In this document: piece after piece, positions 21,868-35,500 of the stretch | Numbering within the stretch: position 1 is the first letter of the stretch | Layout of the letters: each line of letters begins with the position of its first letter | Source of the DNA: Octopus sinensis | Taxonomy: Eukaryota | Reading direction: 5' to 3' | Length of the DNA: 64,000 nucleotides | Assembly: GCF_006345805.1 (NCBI RefSeq) | Contig: NC_043000.1 | Location: forward strand, 20,956,001 to 21,020,000 | The notes under the pieces: generated by a model | What the model was told of the DNA's origin: nothing | The model's database searches: none | Seen by the model: only the letters and a program-made list of their open reading frames with translations | Translations under genes and position numbers: made by a program

Positions 21868-24800
21868 TTCCCCCAACATTGCTTAACAACCGATGCTGGT
21901 GTGTTTACAGCCCCATAACTTAGCAGTCTAGCAAGTTGATTACATCAACCCTAGTTGAGCACTGGAACTGCTGGCCTTGTGCAAAAATTTGAAACCATTA
22001 TTATAAAGGCATGACTATGATTAAGAAATTCACTTCTCAGCCACTTGGTTTCAGGTTCAGTCCCACTGTGTGGCACCTTAGACGACTGTCTTCTATTATA
22101 GTACTGGGCCAACCAAAGCCTTGTGAATGAATTAGGCAGATGGAAATTGAAAGAAACCCATTGCATATATGTCTGTGCCTGCATGAGTACATAGCACTTT
22201 ATTTTACCTTCTTCTCTCAGCTGAAAATGACTCCCAGCTTAACATTGGTACTTTCCTCTCTCCCTTGGATGTTCTGTCCTCTCTCCTTTAGATGTCACAT
22301 CCCTTAGATGTGCTCTCCTCTCTCCCTTAGATGTCACATAAGGCGGTGAACTGGCAGAAACGTTAGCACGCCAGGCGAAATGCTTAGTGGTATTTTGTCT
22401 GCCATTATGTTCTAAGTTCAAATTCTGCCAAGGTCAACTTTGCCTTTCATCCTTTTGGGGGTTGATAAATGAAGTATCAGTTGTGCACTGAGGTTGATGT
22501 AATTGACTTAATCCGTTTGTCTGTCCTTGTTTGTCTCCTCTGTGTGTAGCCCCTTGTGGGTAGTAAAGAAATAGGTATTTCGTCTGCTGTTATGTTCTGA
22601 GTTCAAATTCCACCGAGGTCGACTTTGCCTTTCATCCTTTTGGGGTCGATAAATGAAGTACCAGTTGCACACTGGGGTCGATGTAATTGACTTAATCTCT
22701 TTGTCCTTGTTTGTCCCCTCTATGCTTAGCCCCTTGTGGGTGATAAATAAATAAGATGTCACATCCCGGCTGTTCCATCAGTCAATATTGAGAAGGCTGA
22801 GAAGCTGTCTTTGTTTACTTGTGACTGTGTAAGTGCTTAAGACAATTAATATAAACATGGTACATTATGAAGTTGCACTCCATTATGAGTTACTGTTCTA
22901 CTATTTTTGTTTCTTACTATTTCCTCTTTATCACCACCCTATGCATTCATCCCCATTATATGCCCAACTTCCTCCAGGGAGATGGACATGCTGGTAGGCT
23001 TAGGATAGGGTAGTTTTGTAATATTTAATCTACAATGATTTACGCAAGAATCATTTTATGGTTGCCTATTCAAAATAACTCTCTTTACTCTCTTTTACTC
23101 TTTTACTTGTTTCAGTCATTTGACTGCGGCCATGCTGGAGCACCGCCTTTAGCCAAGAAAATCGACTCCAGGACTTAGTCTTTGTAAGCCTAGTACTTAT
23201 TCTATCAGTCTCTTTTGCCGAACCGCTAAGTTACGGGGATGTAAACGCACCAGCATTGGTTGTCAAGCGACGTTGGGGGACAAACACAGACGCAAACATA
23301 TACACACACGTACATACATATATACATACATATATACGACTGGCTTCTTTCAGTTTCTGTCTACCAAATCCACTCTCAAGGTGCCACGCAGTGGGACTGA
23401 ACCCGGAACCATGTGGTTGGTAAGCAAGCTACTTACCACACAGCCACTCCTCTTGAAATATTATTACAACTGATTGCTTATTTCTAAATACTTGAAATGC
23501 TTTATTGTTATTACTGTTGTTGCTAAAGATGAGATTAATTATCAAGAATATTAATAACAATAATCTCCTTCTATTTCTTTGAACCAGGAATTCCCACAAA
23601 CCATCATCATCATCGTTTAATGTCTTTTCCATACTGGTACATGTTGGATGTTTTGACAGGAGCTGGCAAGCCAGAGGGCTGCACCAGGCCCCAGTTTTCT
23701 GTTTTAGTGTGCTCTCTACAACTGGATGCTGTTCCTATGCCAACTCCTTTACAAAGTATACTAGGTGCTATTCGTGTGACACCATCACCAGTGCTTTTTA
23801 CATGGCACCAGCACCAACAGGGTTGCCAAGTAACGTGCAAGATGAAGACTTCTTAGTTGAGAGAGGGAGTGGAACAGAAGATAGTGGCTGGGTTCCAGGT
23901 GATAAGATAGAGTATAAAAGAGGGACAAAATTAGTTGTCTTACTATAGACCTACTCTTTTACTTGTTTCAGTCATTTGACTGTGGCCATGCTGGAGCACC
24001 ACCTTTAGTCGAGCAAATCGACCCCAGGACTTATTCTTTGTAAGCCTAGTACTTATTCTATTGGTTCTCTTTTGCCAAACCACTAAGTTATGGGGACATA
24101 ACTTCTTTCAGTTGTCAAGCGATGTTGGCAGGGACAAATACAGACACACAAACACACACACACACATATACGACGGGCAGCAGTTCCAGTGCTCAACTAG
24201 GGTTGATGTAATCAACTTGACCCCAAAAAGGATGAAAGGCAAAGTTGGCCTCAATGGAATTTGAACTCAAAACATAAAGATGAACGAAATATTGCTAAGC
24301 ATTTTTCCCAGCAAGCTAACAATTCTGCTAGTTCACACCCTGTAAATATTCCTTTCTGCTCTAGGCACAAGGCCCAAAATTTTTGGGGAGGGGGTCAGTC
24401 AATTAGATCAACCCCAGTACGCAACTGGTACTTAATTTATCGACCCCGAAAGGATGAAAAGCAAAATCGACCTCAGACCGTAAAGACAGACAAAATTCCG
24501 CTAAGCATTTCACCCAGCATGCTAATGTTTCTGCCAGCTCGCCACCTTACATCATCATCATCGTTTAACTTCCATTTTCCATGCTAGCATGGGTTGGACG
24601 GTTCAACCGGGGTCTGGGAAGCCAGGAGGCTGCACCAGGCTTCAGTCTGATCTGGCAGTGTTTCTACAGCTGGATGCCCTTCCTAACACCAACCACTCTG
24701 TGAGTATTGTGGGTGCTTTTTACGTGCCACCGGCACAGGTGCCAGGGTAAACTGGCAACGGCCACGATCAGTTGTTGCCTTTTCCCAGTAAATATTAAAA

Positions 24801-27800
24801 CCTATTTCTCTCAAAATATTAGGTTAATAGCCTGAATAATTACAATTCTGTTGACAATAATTTATCAACAATTTAACGTATTTATAAATAAAGCTAACAT
24901 CATAAAGCATTAAAACAACTAATGGTAATTATGAGAATAGAAATGAGGAAATATTCCACTTACTTCTCTGGGTATATCTGATTGGTTAACAAACCTATTT
25001 AGAATAAAAGAATATTTAAATTTTAAATTTAAATGTTTTGGAATATCCATATTTTAAAATGTCAGACATATCAATGAAATACTTAAAGTTTCAATTTGGT
25101 TCATAATTTATGACAGAAGTGTACTAATAATGGTTTCAAATTTTGACACAAGGCGAGCATGTTCAGGGGAGGGTGGAGGTCAATTATATCAACCCCAACA
25201 CTTAGCTGGCACTTATTTTATCGCCCCTGAGGGGATGAAAGGCAAAGTCGACTTCAGCGGAATATGAACTCATAACATAAGGACGGACGAAATGTCGATG
25301 TGTTAACGATTGTGCCAGCTCGCCACTGTTTTCTTATCTAGACCAGACAGGACCCCAGAACAATGGGATTCTGGGATCACGATATGTGTCAGAGATGTTG
25401 AAAGATTCTACTATTGAATTTCATTGATTTTCATCAATATTTGAGAAATTAAGAATAATCTGTATGCAACTATCATCATATTTCTCTTCAAAATAGATAT
25501 TTTTGAACAGGTTATTAGGAAAAGAAATATTTTTTTAAATACGAGGGTGAGTCAAAAAGTAATGCCATTTTGTTTAGGACGGGTATAATTACCAGCACAC
25601 GAACATGTATCATACATCAAAATGAAGCTGGTCCACTGTGGATCACATCCCTACTTCTCCACATAGTCACCATTTCTCTCAATAGCAATGTTTCACCTTT
25701 GAATGAGAGCATGTACCGCTGCCCCGTAAAATTCTGTTGACTGTTCTTCGAGCCACTTCTTCACAACAGTTTTCACTTCCTTGTCACTGGAATAATGTTT
25801 GCCTCTCAAACCCTCTTTCATGGGGCCGAAGAGATGATAGTCTGAAGGCACTAAATTATTCCAATGACGAGGAAGTGAAAACTGTAATGAAGAAGTGGCT
25901 CAAAGAACAGTCAACAGAATTTTACGAGCCAGGGATATATGCTCTCATTCGAAGGTGGAACATTGCTATTGAGAGAGATGGTGACTGTGTTGAGAAGTAG
26001 GGATGTGATCCACAGAGGACCAGCTTCATTTTGATGTATGATACATATTCCTGTGCTGGTAATTATACCTATCCTAAACAAAATGGCATTACTTTTTGAC
26101 TCACCCTCGTAATTAAATATCCAGTTATAATAATTTTTGAATTTGAAACTTTTAGTTGAGTAACTGCGTTAAGTAAATATGTTTTCAAAGTACAAAAATA
26201 TCATAAAGTAACAAGAGAACTTGCAAAACCCGTATAAGTAATTAAACATTTAACTGGCACTCCGTCAGTTACAATGACAAGGTTTCCATTTGATCCAATC
26301 AATGAAACAGTCTGCTAATGAACTTAATGTGCAAGTGGCTAAGCACTCTACAGACATGTGTACTCTTGATGTAGTTCTCAGGGAGACTCAGCATGACACA
26401 CAATGTGACAAGACTGGCCCTTTGAATTTTTGCCACCTGAGTGAACTGGAGCAACATGAGATAAAGTGTCTTGCTTAAGGACACATCATGCCGTCAGGTA
26501 TCAAACTCATGACTTTATGATCCTGAGCCAAATATGCTGACCACTTAGCCATACATTTTCATTATAATTGTAAAATGCTGCTCTTTTACTCTTTTACTTG
26601 TTTCAGTCATTTGACTGCGGCCATGCTGGAGCACCGCCTTTAATCGAACAAATCAACACCAGCACTTATTCTTTGTAAGCCTAGTACTTATTCTATTGGT
26701 CTCTTTTTCCGAACTGCTAAGTTATGGGGACACAAACACACCACCATCAGTTGTCAAGTGATGTTGGGGGGACAAACACAGACACGCAAACATACACATA
26801 CACACATATATATATACATATATATGAGAGGCTTCTTTTAGTTTCAGTCTACCAAATCTACTCACAAAGCTTTGGTTGGCTCAAGGCTATAGTAGAAGAC
26901 ACTTGCCCAAGGTGCTACGCAGTGAGACTGAACATAGAATCATGTGGTTGGTAAGCAAGCTACTTACCACACAGCCACTCCTACACCTAGAAAAAGAATG
27001 TAAAATAATTATAGAAAAGGTGTGCCAGACGCTGCAAAATTCATACTTACATTGAAGAATCTTGGATATGTGTACTCAAACCTTGCTGAGATTGAAACCT
27101 CATTGTCTGACTTTGGAGTTGGCTGAATGTCTTTGCTAAAGAGATGAAAAGTAGCTAAATTTAGTCATTAGATTAAAGAGAAATAAGAAAGAGAAATGAA
27201 TATCATTATCATCATCATCATTGTTTAACATCCGTTAATGAATGTTTGCTAGCATGGGTTGGATGGTTCGACTGGGGTCTGGGAAGCCAGGAGGCTGCAC
27301 CAGGCTCCAATCTGATCTGGCAATGTTTCTACAGCTGGATGCCCTTCAATAATAGAAACACTGAAATTTTTTCCATTATAATTCACAAGAGCTTCAAAGA
27401 AGCTTTATCCCTTTTGCTATTTAAATTTCTGTTTGAAATGCACAATTTTAGTTTTAATTAATTTTGAAAATAATGAAATATTTAGTAAAATAACATTATA
27501 AAGCTGGTGTTTGGAACATAAATTAGCATGAAATTGTGATGCAATGCTTTAATCTAGATCACTTTAAACAGGAAGTTAGCATCAGAGAACTGGGACCATT
27601 CTCAGGGGAGTTGATATCAAAAGGGTTTTTGTAAAAACAAAAAGTAATTAGATAAAGCAGTTAAATTTAACCATTAAGCCATTAGATTACAGTAAGAGAA
27701 ATAAGAGAGAGAAATGAATATCATTATCATCATCATCATCGTTTAATGTCCGTTTTCCATGCTGGCATGGGTTGGACGGTTTGACTGAGGTCTGGAGAGC

Positions 27801-30800
27801 CAGCGGCTGCAGCAGACTCCAATCTGATCAGGCAATGTTTCTACAGATGGATGCCCTTCCTAATGCCAACCACTCAGAGAATATAGTGGGTGCTTTTTAC
27901 GTGCCACCAGTACAGGAGCCAGTCAGGCAGGCTTGGCATTGATCACGTTTGGATAGTGCTTTTTACATGCCACCGGCACAGGAACCAGTTAGGGGCACTG
28001 CCATCCGCCATGTTCAAATGGTACTTTTTACATGCCACCAGAATGGGAGCCAGTCAGGATGCACTGGCATCAGCCACATTCAAATGATGCTTTTTATGTG
28101 CCACCGACACAGGAGCCAGTCAGGCAGACCTGGCATTGACCACATTCAGATGGTGCTTTTTATGTGCCATTGGCATGGGGGGCCAGTTAGGGGGCACTGG
28201 CATCGACCAAATTCAGATGCTGCATTTTATGTGCCACCAGCACGGGAGCGAGTCAGGTGGACCTAACATTGACCACATTCGGATAGTGCTTTTTACGTGC
28301 CACCAGCATGGAAGCCAGTCAGGGGGTACTGGCATTGACCACATTCGATGCTGCATTTTATGTGCCACCGGAACAAGAGCCAGTCAGGGGGCACTGGCCA
28401 CAGCTACGATTTTGGTTAAATGAATAAATAAACCGAAGGTAAAATAAAACTTACTTAAACTTGCATTAGGATTGCAATACTTCTCAGTATTACAACAGAG
28501 AATTGCCTGGCCAATTTCAGCATCGGTTATCACACGTTTGCCGTGGCTGAAAAAGAAAAAAAATCATGTTAAAATTATGATCTAATCTAATCAAGTAAGA
28601 ATACAGTTTTTCATAATAAGCACTAGTTGTTTCATGCCATTGTTTTTATCATCATCATCATCATCGTTTCATGTCCACTTTCCAAGGGTTGGATGATTTG
28701 ACTGAGGATTGGTGACCCAGATGGCTGCACCAGGCTCAAATCTTGATCTGGTAGAGTTTCTACAGCTGGATGCTCTTTCTAATGCCAACCACTCCAAGAG
28801 TGTAGTGGGTGCTTTTACATGCCACAAATACGAGAGCCAGTCAGGCGGTACTGGCAATGGCCTTGCTCAAATGGTGCTTTTTATGTGCCACATGCACAGG
28901 AGCCAGTCCACCGGCATGAGGGCCAGTCAGGTGGTACTGGCAACAACCACGCTCAAATGGTGTTTTTTATGTGCCACCTGCACAGGAGCCAGACCAACAG
29001 CACTGCCAACGACCTCGCTTGAATGTTTTTTCACGTGCCACCAGCACAAGTGCCAGTAAGGCAACGCTGGTAATGATCACGCTCAAATGGTGCTTTCTAT
29101 GTGCCACTGACACGGAAGCCACTTAGCCACTCTGGCAATGATCACACTGGGATGGTGCTGTTAGCGCTCCACTAGCACGGATGCCAGTCATCAAATTTGA
29201 TTTCAATTTCACTTGCCTCAATAGGTCTTCGCAAGCAGATATATTAGTAAACTAATATTTAATGTTTTTTAATGTTTTTTTTTATTGTTGCTTGTTTCTT
29301 TTATTGGTTATTGAGACACAAAGTCTTTAACAATGGATTTTATCTAGCAACTAAACAATAAGCTAGTCCTTGAATGATATGGCTTAGAAGTAGAGAACTG
29401 AAACTGTATTAAAAGACATGTATATATGAGAAGTGTGATTTAATGAGATAATGAAAGGTGGAATATAAAGACAGAGAGACAACTATGAATCTCATCATCG
29501 TCATTTAACATCGATCTTCAAACCAGCATGGGTTGAACAGATCAACAAGATCCACTGAGTTAGAAGATTGCATCAAGAGAATACCCTCCATCAGGCATTT
29601 GCCATATTCTGAATGCTTTACTTCCCTGGGCATGGATACATCGAAACTCTGACGTCTGGCAGCTGACTTGGCAGACACCCATAAAATTATTAACCATCTT
29701 ACAAACAATAATTCTGAGCACCTTTTCAAACTCCACTGTCTAACACCCGTGGACATGTTTACAAAGTCAGAAAACAGCACAGCTCCCATGACTTTCGGAA
29801 ACATTTTTTCACGCTAAGAGTTGCTGAAGCATGGAAACAAACTGCCAGCATCAGTTGTTAGTTGTCGGAGCATTGCATCCTTCAAAACTTCCATACTTCC
29901 TGAGATTCGCCAACACTACACCTGATTTTTCTCCCCTCCATACACACGCAAGCATGTATCTGACTCATACACTGTTCACTTCCCAGACATTTGTACATTA
30001 CTGCATATGCTTTATATGCACTTTTGACAAGCTGTGGTGCACCTAAGCACTGTATACAATAATTTCATTATTATTATTATCATACTCCAAAGTCTGCTTT
30101 CGGCATGTTTCTACAGTTTGATGCTCTTACAGAATGTACTGGGTGCTTTTTTTTCATGGCAACAGTACTAGTGAGGTCACCATGCATTTCATGATACTAA
30201 TATCCCTCTGGACAAAGGAAAAACAGAAGTGTCGAAAATGACACATTAGTTCTCCAAATCTGTTGCCTAATAATCCAGTAGCTGGTGTATACTAACATTC
30301 ACAAGATTATTAATAAGTTCTGTGTAAGCTAATTAGTTGTCTTGTAGTAATAAGTACAAACATGGCTGAATAGTAAGAAGGTGGCGAGCTGGCAGAAACG
30401 TTAGCACTCTGGGCGAAATGCTTAGCAGTATTTCGTCTGCCGTTACATTCTGAGTTCAAATTCTGCCAAGGTCGACTTGCCTTTCATCCTTTCAAGGTCG
30501 AAAAATTAAGTACCAGTTACGCACTGGGGTCGACGTAATTGACTTAATCCCTTTGTCTGTCCTTGTTTGTCCCCTCTATGTTTAATCCCTTGTGGGCAAT
30601 CGGGAAATAAGAAGTTTGCTTCCCAACTATACAGTTTTGCATTCAATCTGTCTGATACCTTCGGCAAGTGTCTTTTAATATAGCCTTGGTCCAACCAAGG
30701 CCTTGTGAGTGGATTTGGTAGATAGAAAGCAGGTGAAGGTCAGTCTCAAGAAGGGCATCCACCTCAGCAAATTTCATCCAACCCATGCTAGCATGGAAAA

Positions 30801-32538
30801 GTGGATACCAGAACAATGATGATAAAGAGGATGATGAAGATGATGTTCATGTAAATACTATCTTTTATCTTTTACTGCTGTACTCTTTCACCACAACTTT
30901 CTCTTACTCTTTCTTCTGTTGGTCTGCTCGCTTAGCCAGCGGGGTGGCGTCATTTCAAGGCTAAAACAATGCGAAGCGCATTGTGACCAGCGATGTGTAA
31001 CAGCATCTGATAGCCTGGTCAGTCACAGTGATCACAGTGATATATACATCCGTGGGATCTTTATGTATGTATGCAGTATGTGTAGGAGTACAATGTGTTT
31101 CTTCTCAGACTCTTATATAGTGCCATATATAAGCACAGACATGGCTGTGTGGTAAAAAGTTTGTTTCCCAATCACATGGTTCTGAGTTCAGTCCCACTGT
31201 GTGGCACTTTGGGCAAGTGTCTTCTACCAAAGCCTTGTGACTGGATTTGGCAAATGAAAACTGACAGAGGTTCATTGAATATATATATATATATAATCAT
31301 CATCATCATCATCATCATTTAGCGTCGCTTTCCATGCTAGCATGGGTTGGACGGTTCAACTGGGGTCTGCGAAGCCAGAAGGCTGCATCAGGCCCAGTCT
31401 GATCTGGCAGTGTTTCTACGGCTGGATGCCCTTCCTAACGCCAACCACTCCGTGATTGTAGTGGGTGCTTGTTACGTGCCACCCGCACAGGTGCCAGCCG
31501 GAGCTGGCAAACGGCCACGGACGGATGGTGCTTTTTACGTGCCACCGGCACGGGGGCCAGGCGAGGCTGGCAACGGCCACGAACGGATGGTGCTTTTACT
31601 GCTATTTCGGCATGGTGGTGTCTCTCAGATACCCTTATTTATAGCTATATATATATATATCAGTATATATTATCTGATGTGTACAGTATTATATAGCCAT
31701 TACGGCCGATCTTACAAATCGGTTTTGCTCTAGTGATTCAACGGAGTGTTGAGTAACAATCCGATATGTAATCTGTACTCATCACCAGTAGCCGTTATGG
31801 AATGAAATATGATGACTGCTCTCTTTTGTTAAAGGTGAATAGAGAAATCCAATTTGTGCTTCCTGTGAAAAAGATGAGGATAAAACGAACTGGTGGAGTT
31901 AAGAGTTCTGTCCCTTTGCAAGTCAGTAAGAGTTTTCTGGAAAAGTTAGTGACAAATGTATGTCCTTCAGGTTGGTGTTCTTGTGGAAATGGAATTTGTG
32001 TAGTGTTACTACATGTACAACCTTTTCAGGGGGAGGGGGCATATACATTTATGTTCGTTAGTGCTTATCTTTCTTTTATGTATTGGTTAAATTCGTGGGG
32101 TATATATTTTTTTCTCTCCTTGTTTTTTTTGTGTCCCTTTCTGTAGAAGAGCGTAGGCTCGAAACGTAAAAGACTTTTTCTATTGCTGAGTGTTATACTA
32201 ATACATCTGTTTGTTTTGTACACCACCTGCCTTTGTCTTTTGTTTTTTTCGTAAACTCTCCCTATATCTGTATATATATGGTACTAAAAAAAAGAGTCTG
32301 AGAAGAAACTTGTGAGGTGTTACCTTTGTAATAGAGACAGAACATGTGAAACCCATTCATCTTCACTGGGTTCAGCTTGCATTACAATGGATGTATCCTT
32401 TACTAAAGCTGAATCATCCACATTCTTAGAAACACACAAACAAGAATGACCACCAGCAAGTTCAATAGCTATCTTCATCTTCCTCCACTGTAAAAGAATT
32501 TGTTTTATGTGAAAAAATATAAATATTTAGCTTTTGAA

Positions 32539-32569
<31 letters not shown>

Positions 32570-35500
32570 TCATCATCGTTTAACGTCCGCTTTCCATGCT
32601 AGCATGGGTTGGACGATTTGACTGAGGACTGGCGAACCAGATGGCTGCACCAGACTCCAATCTGATCTGGCAGAGTTTCTACAGCTGGATGCCCTTCCTA
32701 ACGCCAACCACAGCCTCTTCCTCAACACAGTCATGGTGACCCTGTGCATCTGAAACCCAATCTTGTTTCTGAGACGATCACACTCCACAAACTTTACTTC
32801 CAAGCACTGCTATAAACATTCTAAAGTTTGTGGAGTGTAATCGTCTCAAAAACAAGATTGGGTTTCAGATGCACAGGGTCACCTTGACTGTGTCGAGGAA
32901 GAGGAAAGCTTTTTGAAAACAGTCATAACAAGTGACGAATTGTGGGTCTATGTCTTATGGCCCCCAAAACCAAGGCTTCAAAGGAATCCCAATTGAAAGG
33001 AACTATGTTATAACTTAGCGAGCATGTGTGACAGAGTTCAATGTCAAGCTGTAGCAAGCAGCTTCACTCTGCATACTTTAATTCTGTTACCACAGCAACC
33101 ATCCCAATACTTTTTGACTAGACCTCATATACACAAGTAAATAGAGTAACTTTAAAAAAAGACTGAAATACTCAAATGAGAGCAACAACTCCACATACCT
33201 GAGAAGATTTTAAAAAGTAGAAAGTAGTTCCACTGAAAAGGGTTTTCCGTAATGGATTCGGTTGAAATGTTTCATTCTTGATCACAAAGTTGGGAGACAA
33301 CTTGGGAAGGAACCTGTTTGAAAAACAAATAGAACAAAAGAATTCAATAATATGGATTCCTAGCTTTGGTCCAAGGACACAAAGTTTTGGGGAAGTAATA
33401 TATATTTCTTTACTACCCACAAGGGGCTAAACACAGAGGGGACAAACAAAGACAGACAAACGGATTAAGCTGATTATATCGACCCCAGTGCGTTACTGGT
33501 ACTTAATTTATTGACCCCGAAAGGATGAAAGGCAAAGTCGACCTCGGCGGAATTTGAACTCAGAACATAGCGGCAGACGAAATACTGCTAAGCATTTTGC
33601 CCGGCATGCTAACGTTTCTGCCAGCTCGCCGCTTGGGGAAGTAATATAGTTGATAAGATCAACATCATCATGATCATTTCAATGCCCACTTTTCCATGCT
33701 TACAAAGATCGGACAGAGTTTATTGAGGTGGATTCTCTATAGCCAGATACCCTTCCTGTTACCAACCCACACCTGTTTCCAAGCAAAGTAATATTTTCCC
33801 ATAACCGGACATACTTTTGTAGAATATTGAAAAATGTACAAACAGCCATGCTACATGGCAGTGAAACATGGGCCATGACTGTTGAGGGCATGCGTAAGCT
33901 TGCAAGGAATGAAGTCAGTATGCTCTGCTGGATGTGTAATGCCAGTGTGCATACTCAACAGAGTGTAAGTGCCTTGAGAAAAAAGTTGGACCTAAGAAGA
34001 ATCAGATGTGGTGTACAAGAGAGACGACTGCGCAGGTATGGTCATGTGGCAAGAATGGATGAGAATAGCTGTGTGAAAAAGTGCCACACCCTAGCGATTG
34101 AGGGAACCTGTGGAAGAGGTAGACCCAGGAAGACCTGGGATGAGGTGGTGAAGTACGACCTTCGAACATTAGGACTCACCGAGACAATGACTAGTGACCG
34201 AGAATTTCAGAAATATGCTGTTCCTAGATTAAACATATAAATATGAGGCAATCCAGCATGTGCCCCGTGCTTATATATTATAATTTTTCAAATCCACCGT
34301 GCAAGTGCAGTTTTTTGTCAGCAGCAAATAAGTTAATGCTGGTGTTGCTTCGAAAATTTGCCAGAAAAATTATCAATAATTAATATCAGGGTAAGAAAAA
34401 ATTTTAGAAATTTTTACTACCAGTGGCCTAGTGTATAGAAAAATTAGTCAATAGGCTATATATTATTCATATAAATACAGTGTACATTTACACACATAAG
34501 AGGTATCGGTAAAATTACAGATTAACACCCGCACGATTTTCACTAAGAAAAAAAAAAAAACTCGGATTTTTTGCGTGGAATCAAGTACCCTGACCTCCTA
34601 ATATGCTGCAAATCCCATATTTTGGTCCGGAATTGCTCCGGAAAGGGGGGGGGTGACCCCCTCCTCCCCGGAATTTTCACAAGGGGTAAAAAAAAACCTC
34701 AGATTTCTTGCGTGGAATCAAGTACCCTGACATCCTAATATGCTGCAAATCCCATATTTTGGTCCGGAAAGGGGTGGGTAACCCCACCCCCGGAATTTTC
34801 ACATGGAAAAAAAAAATCAGATTTTTTGCGTGGAATCAAGTAACCTGACCTCAAAAACAAAAAAAAAACCGAATTTTTTAGATACCTTTCTGCTTTTTAA
34901 GACAATAAAGTGTTATTGGAGGGAAATCTGGCTGCTATTTCTAGCTGCCTGAATGACAACATAGCGATTTACAGATAAATGAATTAATTACTATTTTACA
35001 GAATAAAATTAATGAATTAATTATATAAATTAAATAATTCTTGAAAATTAATTAACATTAATAATATTTTTTGAACAAAGTAAATAATTTTTAAAACAAT
35101 TTTTTTTTACACAAACGCGAACGTATATAACTTGCAAAATTATTCCGTAGAATTTATCAAATTAAAAAACGCAAAATTAATATATTTTTTGAAATTGCAA
35201 ATTATTTAGAATATAAAAATATACAAAAATAAAACAAATGAAGTTAAGTTTAAAAATAAATGTGATACCTATGCTCTGTAAGTTGCTTCTTTTGTCCAAT
35301 TAATATAATATATCAATAATTTGTTCACACTTCAATTTACTATTTTCTAGAAATGTTCCTTTTCTAATTGAAACCATTTTTCTACATAACCATATATAAC
35401 TCCATCTGACAGATTTTTTTTAGCTACTCCCTCATGCTAGAAATTTTTTCTCACGTGATGATATCAAAGTGAAAAACTTTGAATTACGCGCGCTTTCGGT

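Noticed and set aside
22765-22840. Possible extra NBN exon reading LTQSQVNKDS
   Set aside because: All frames hit stops or give incompatible phases; the exon 9-10-11 chain already closes the frame without it.
27890-28410. Regularly spaced repeats resembling a CRISPR array
   Set aside because: Units are imperfect tandem copies with no unique spacers, are part of the RTE 3'UTR, the DNA is eukaryotic, and there are no cas genes.
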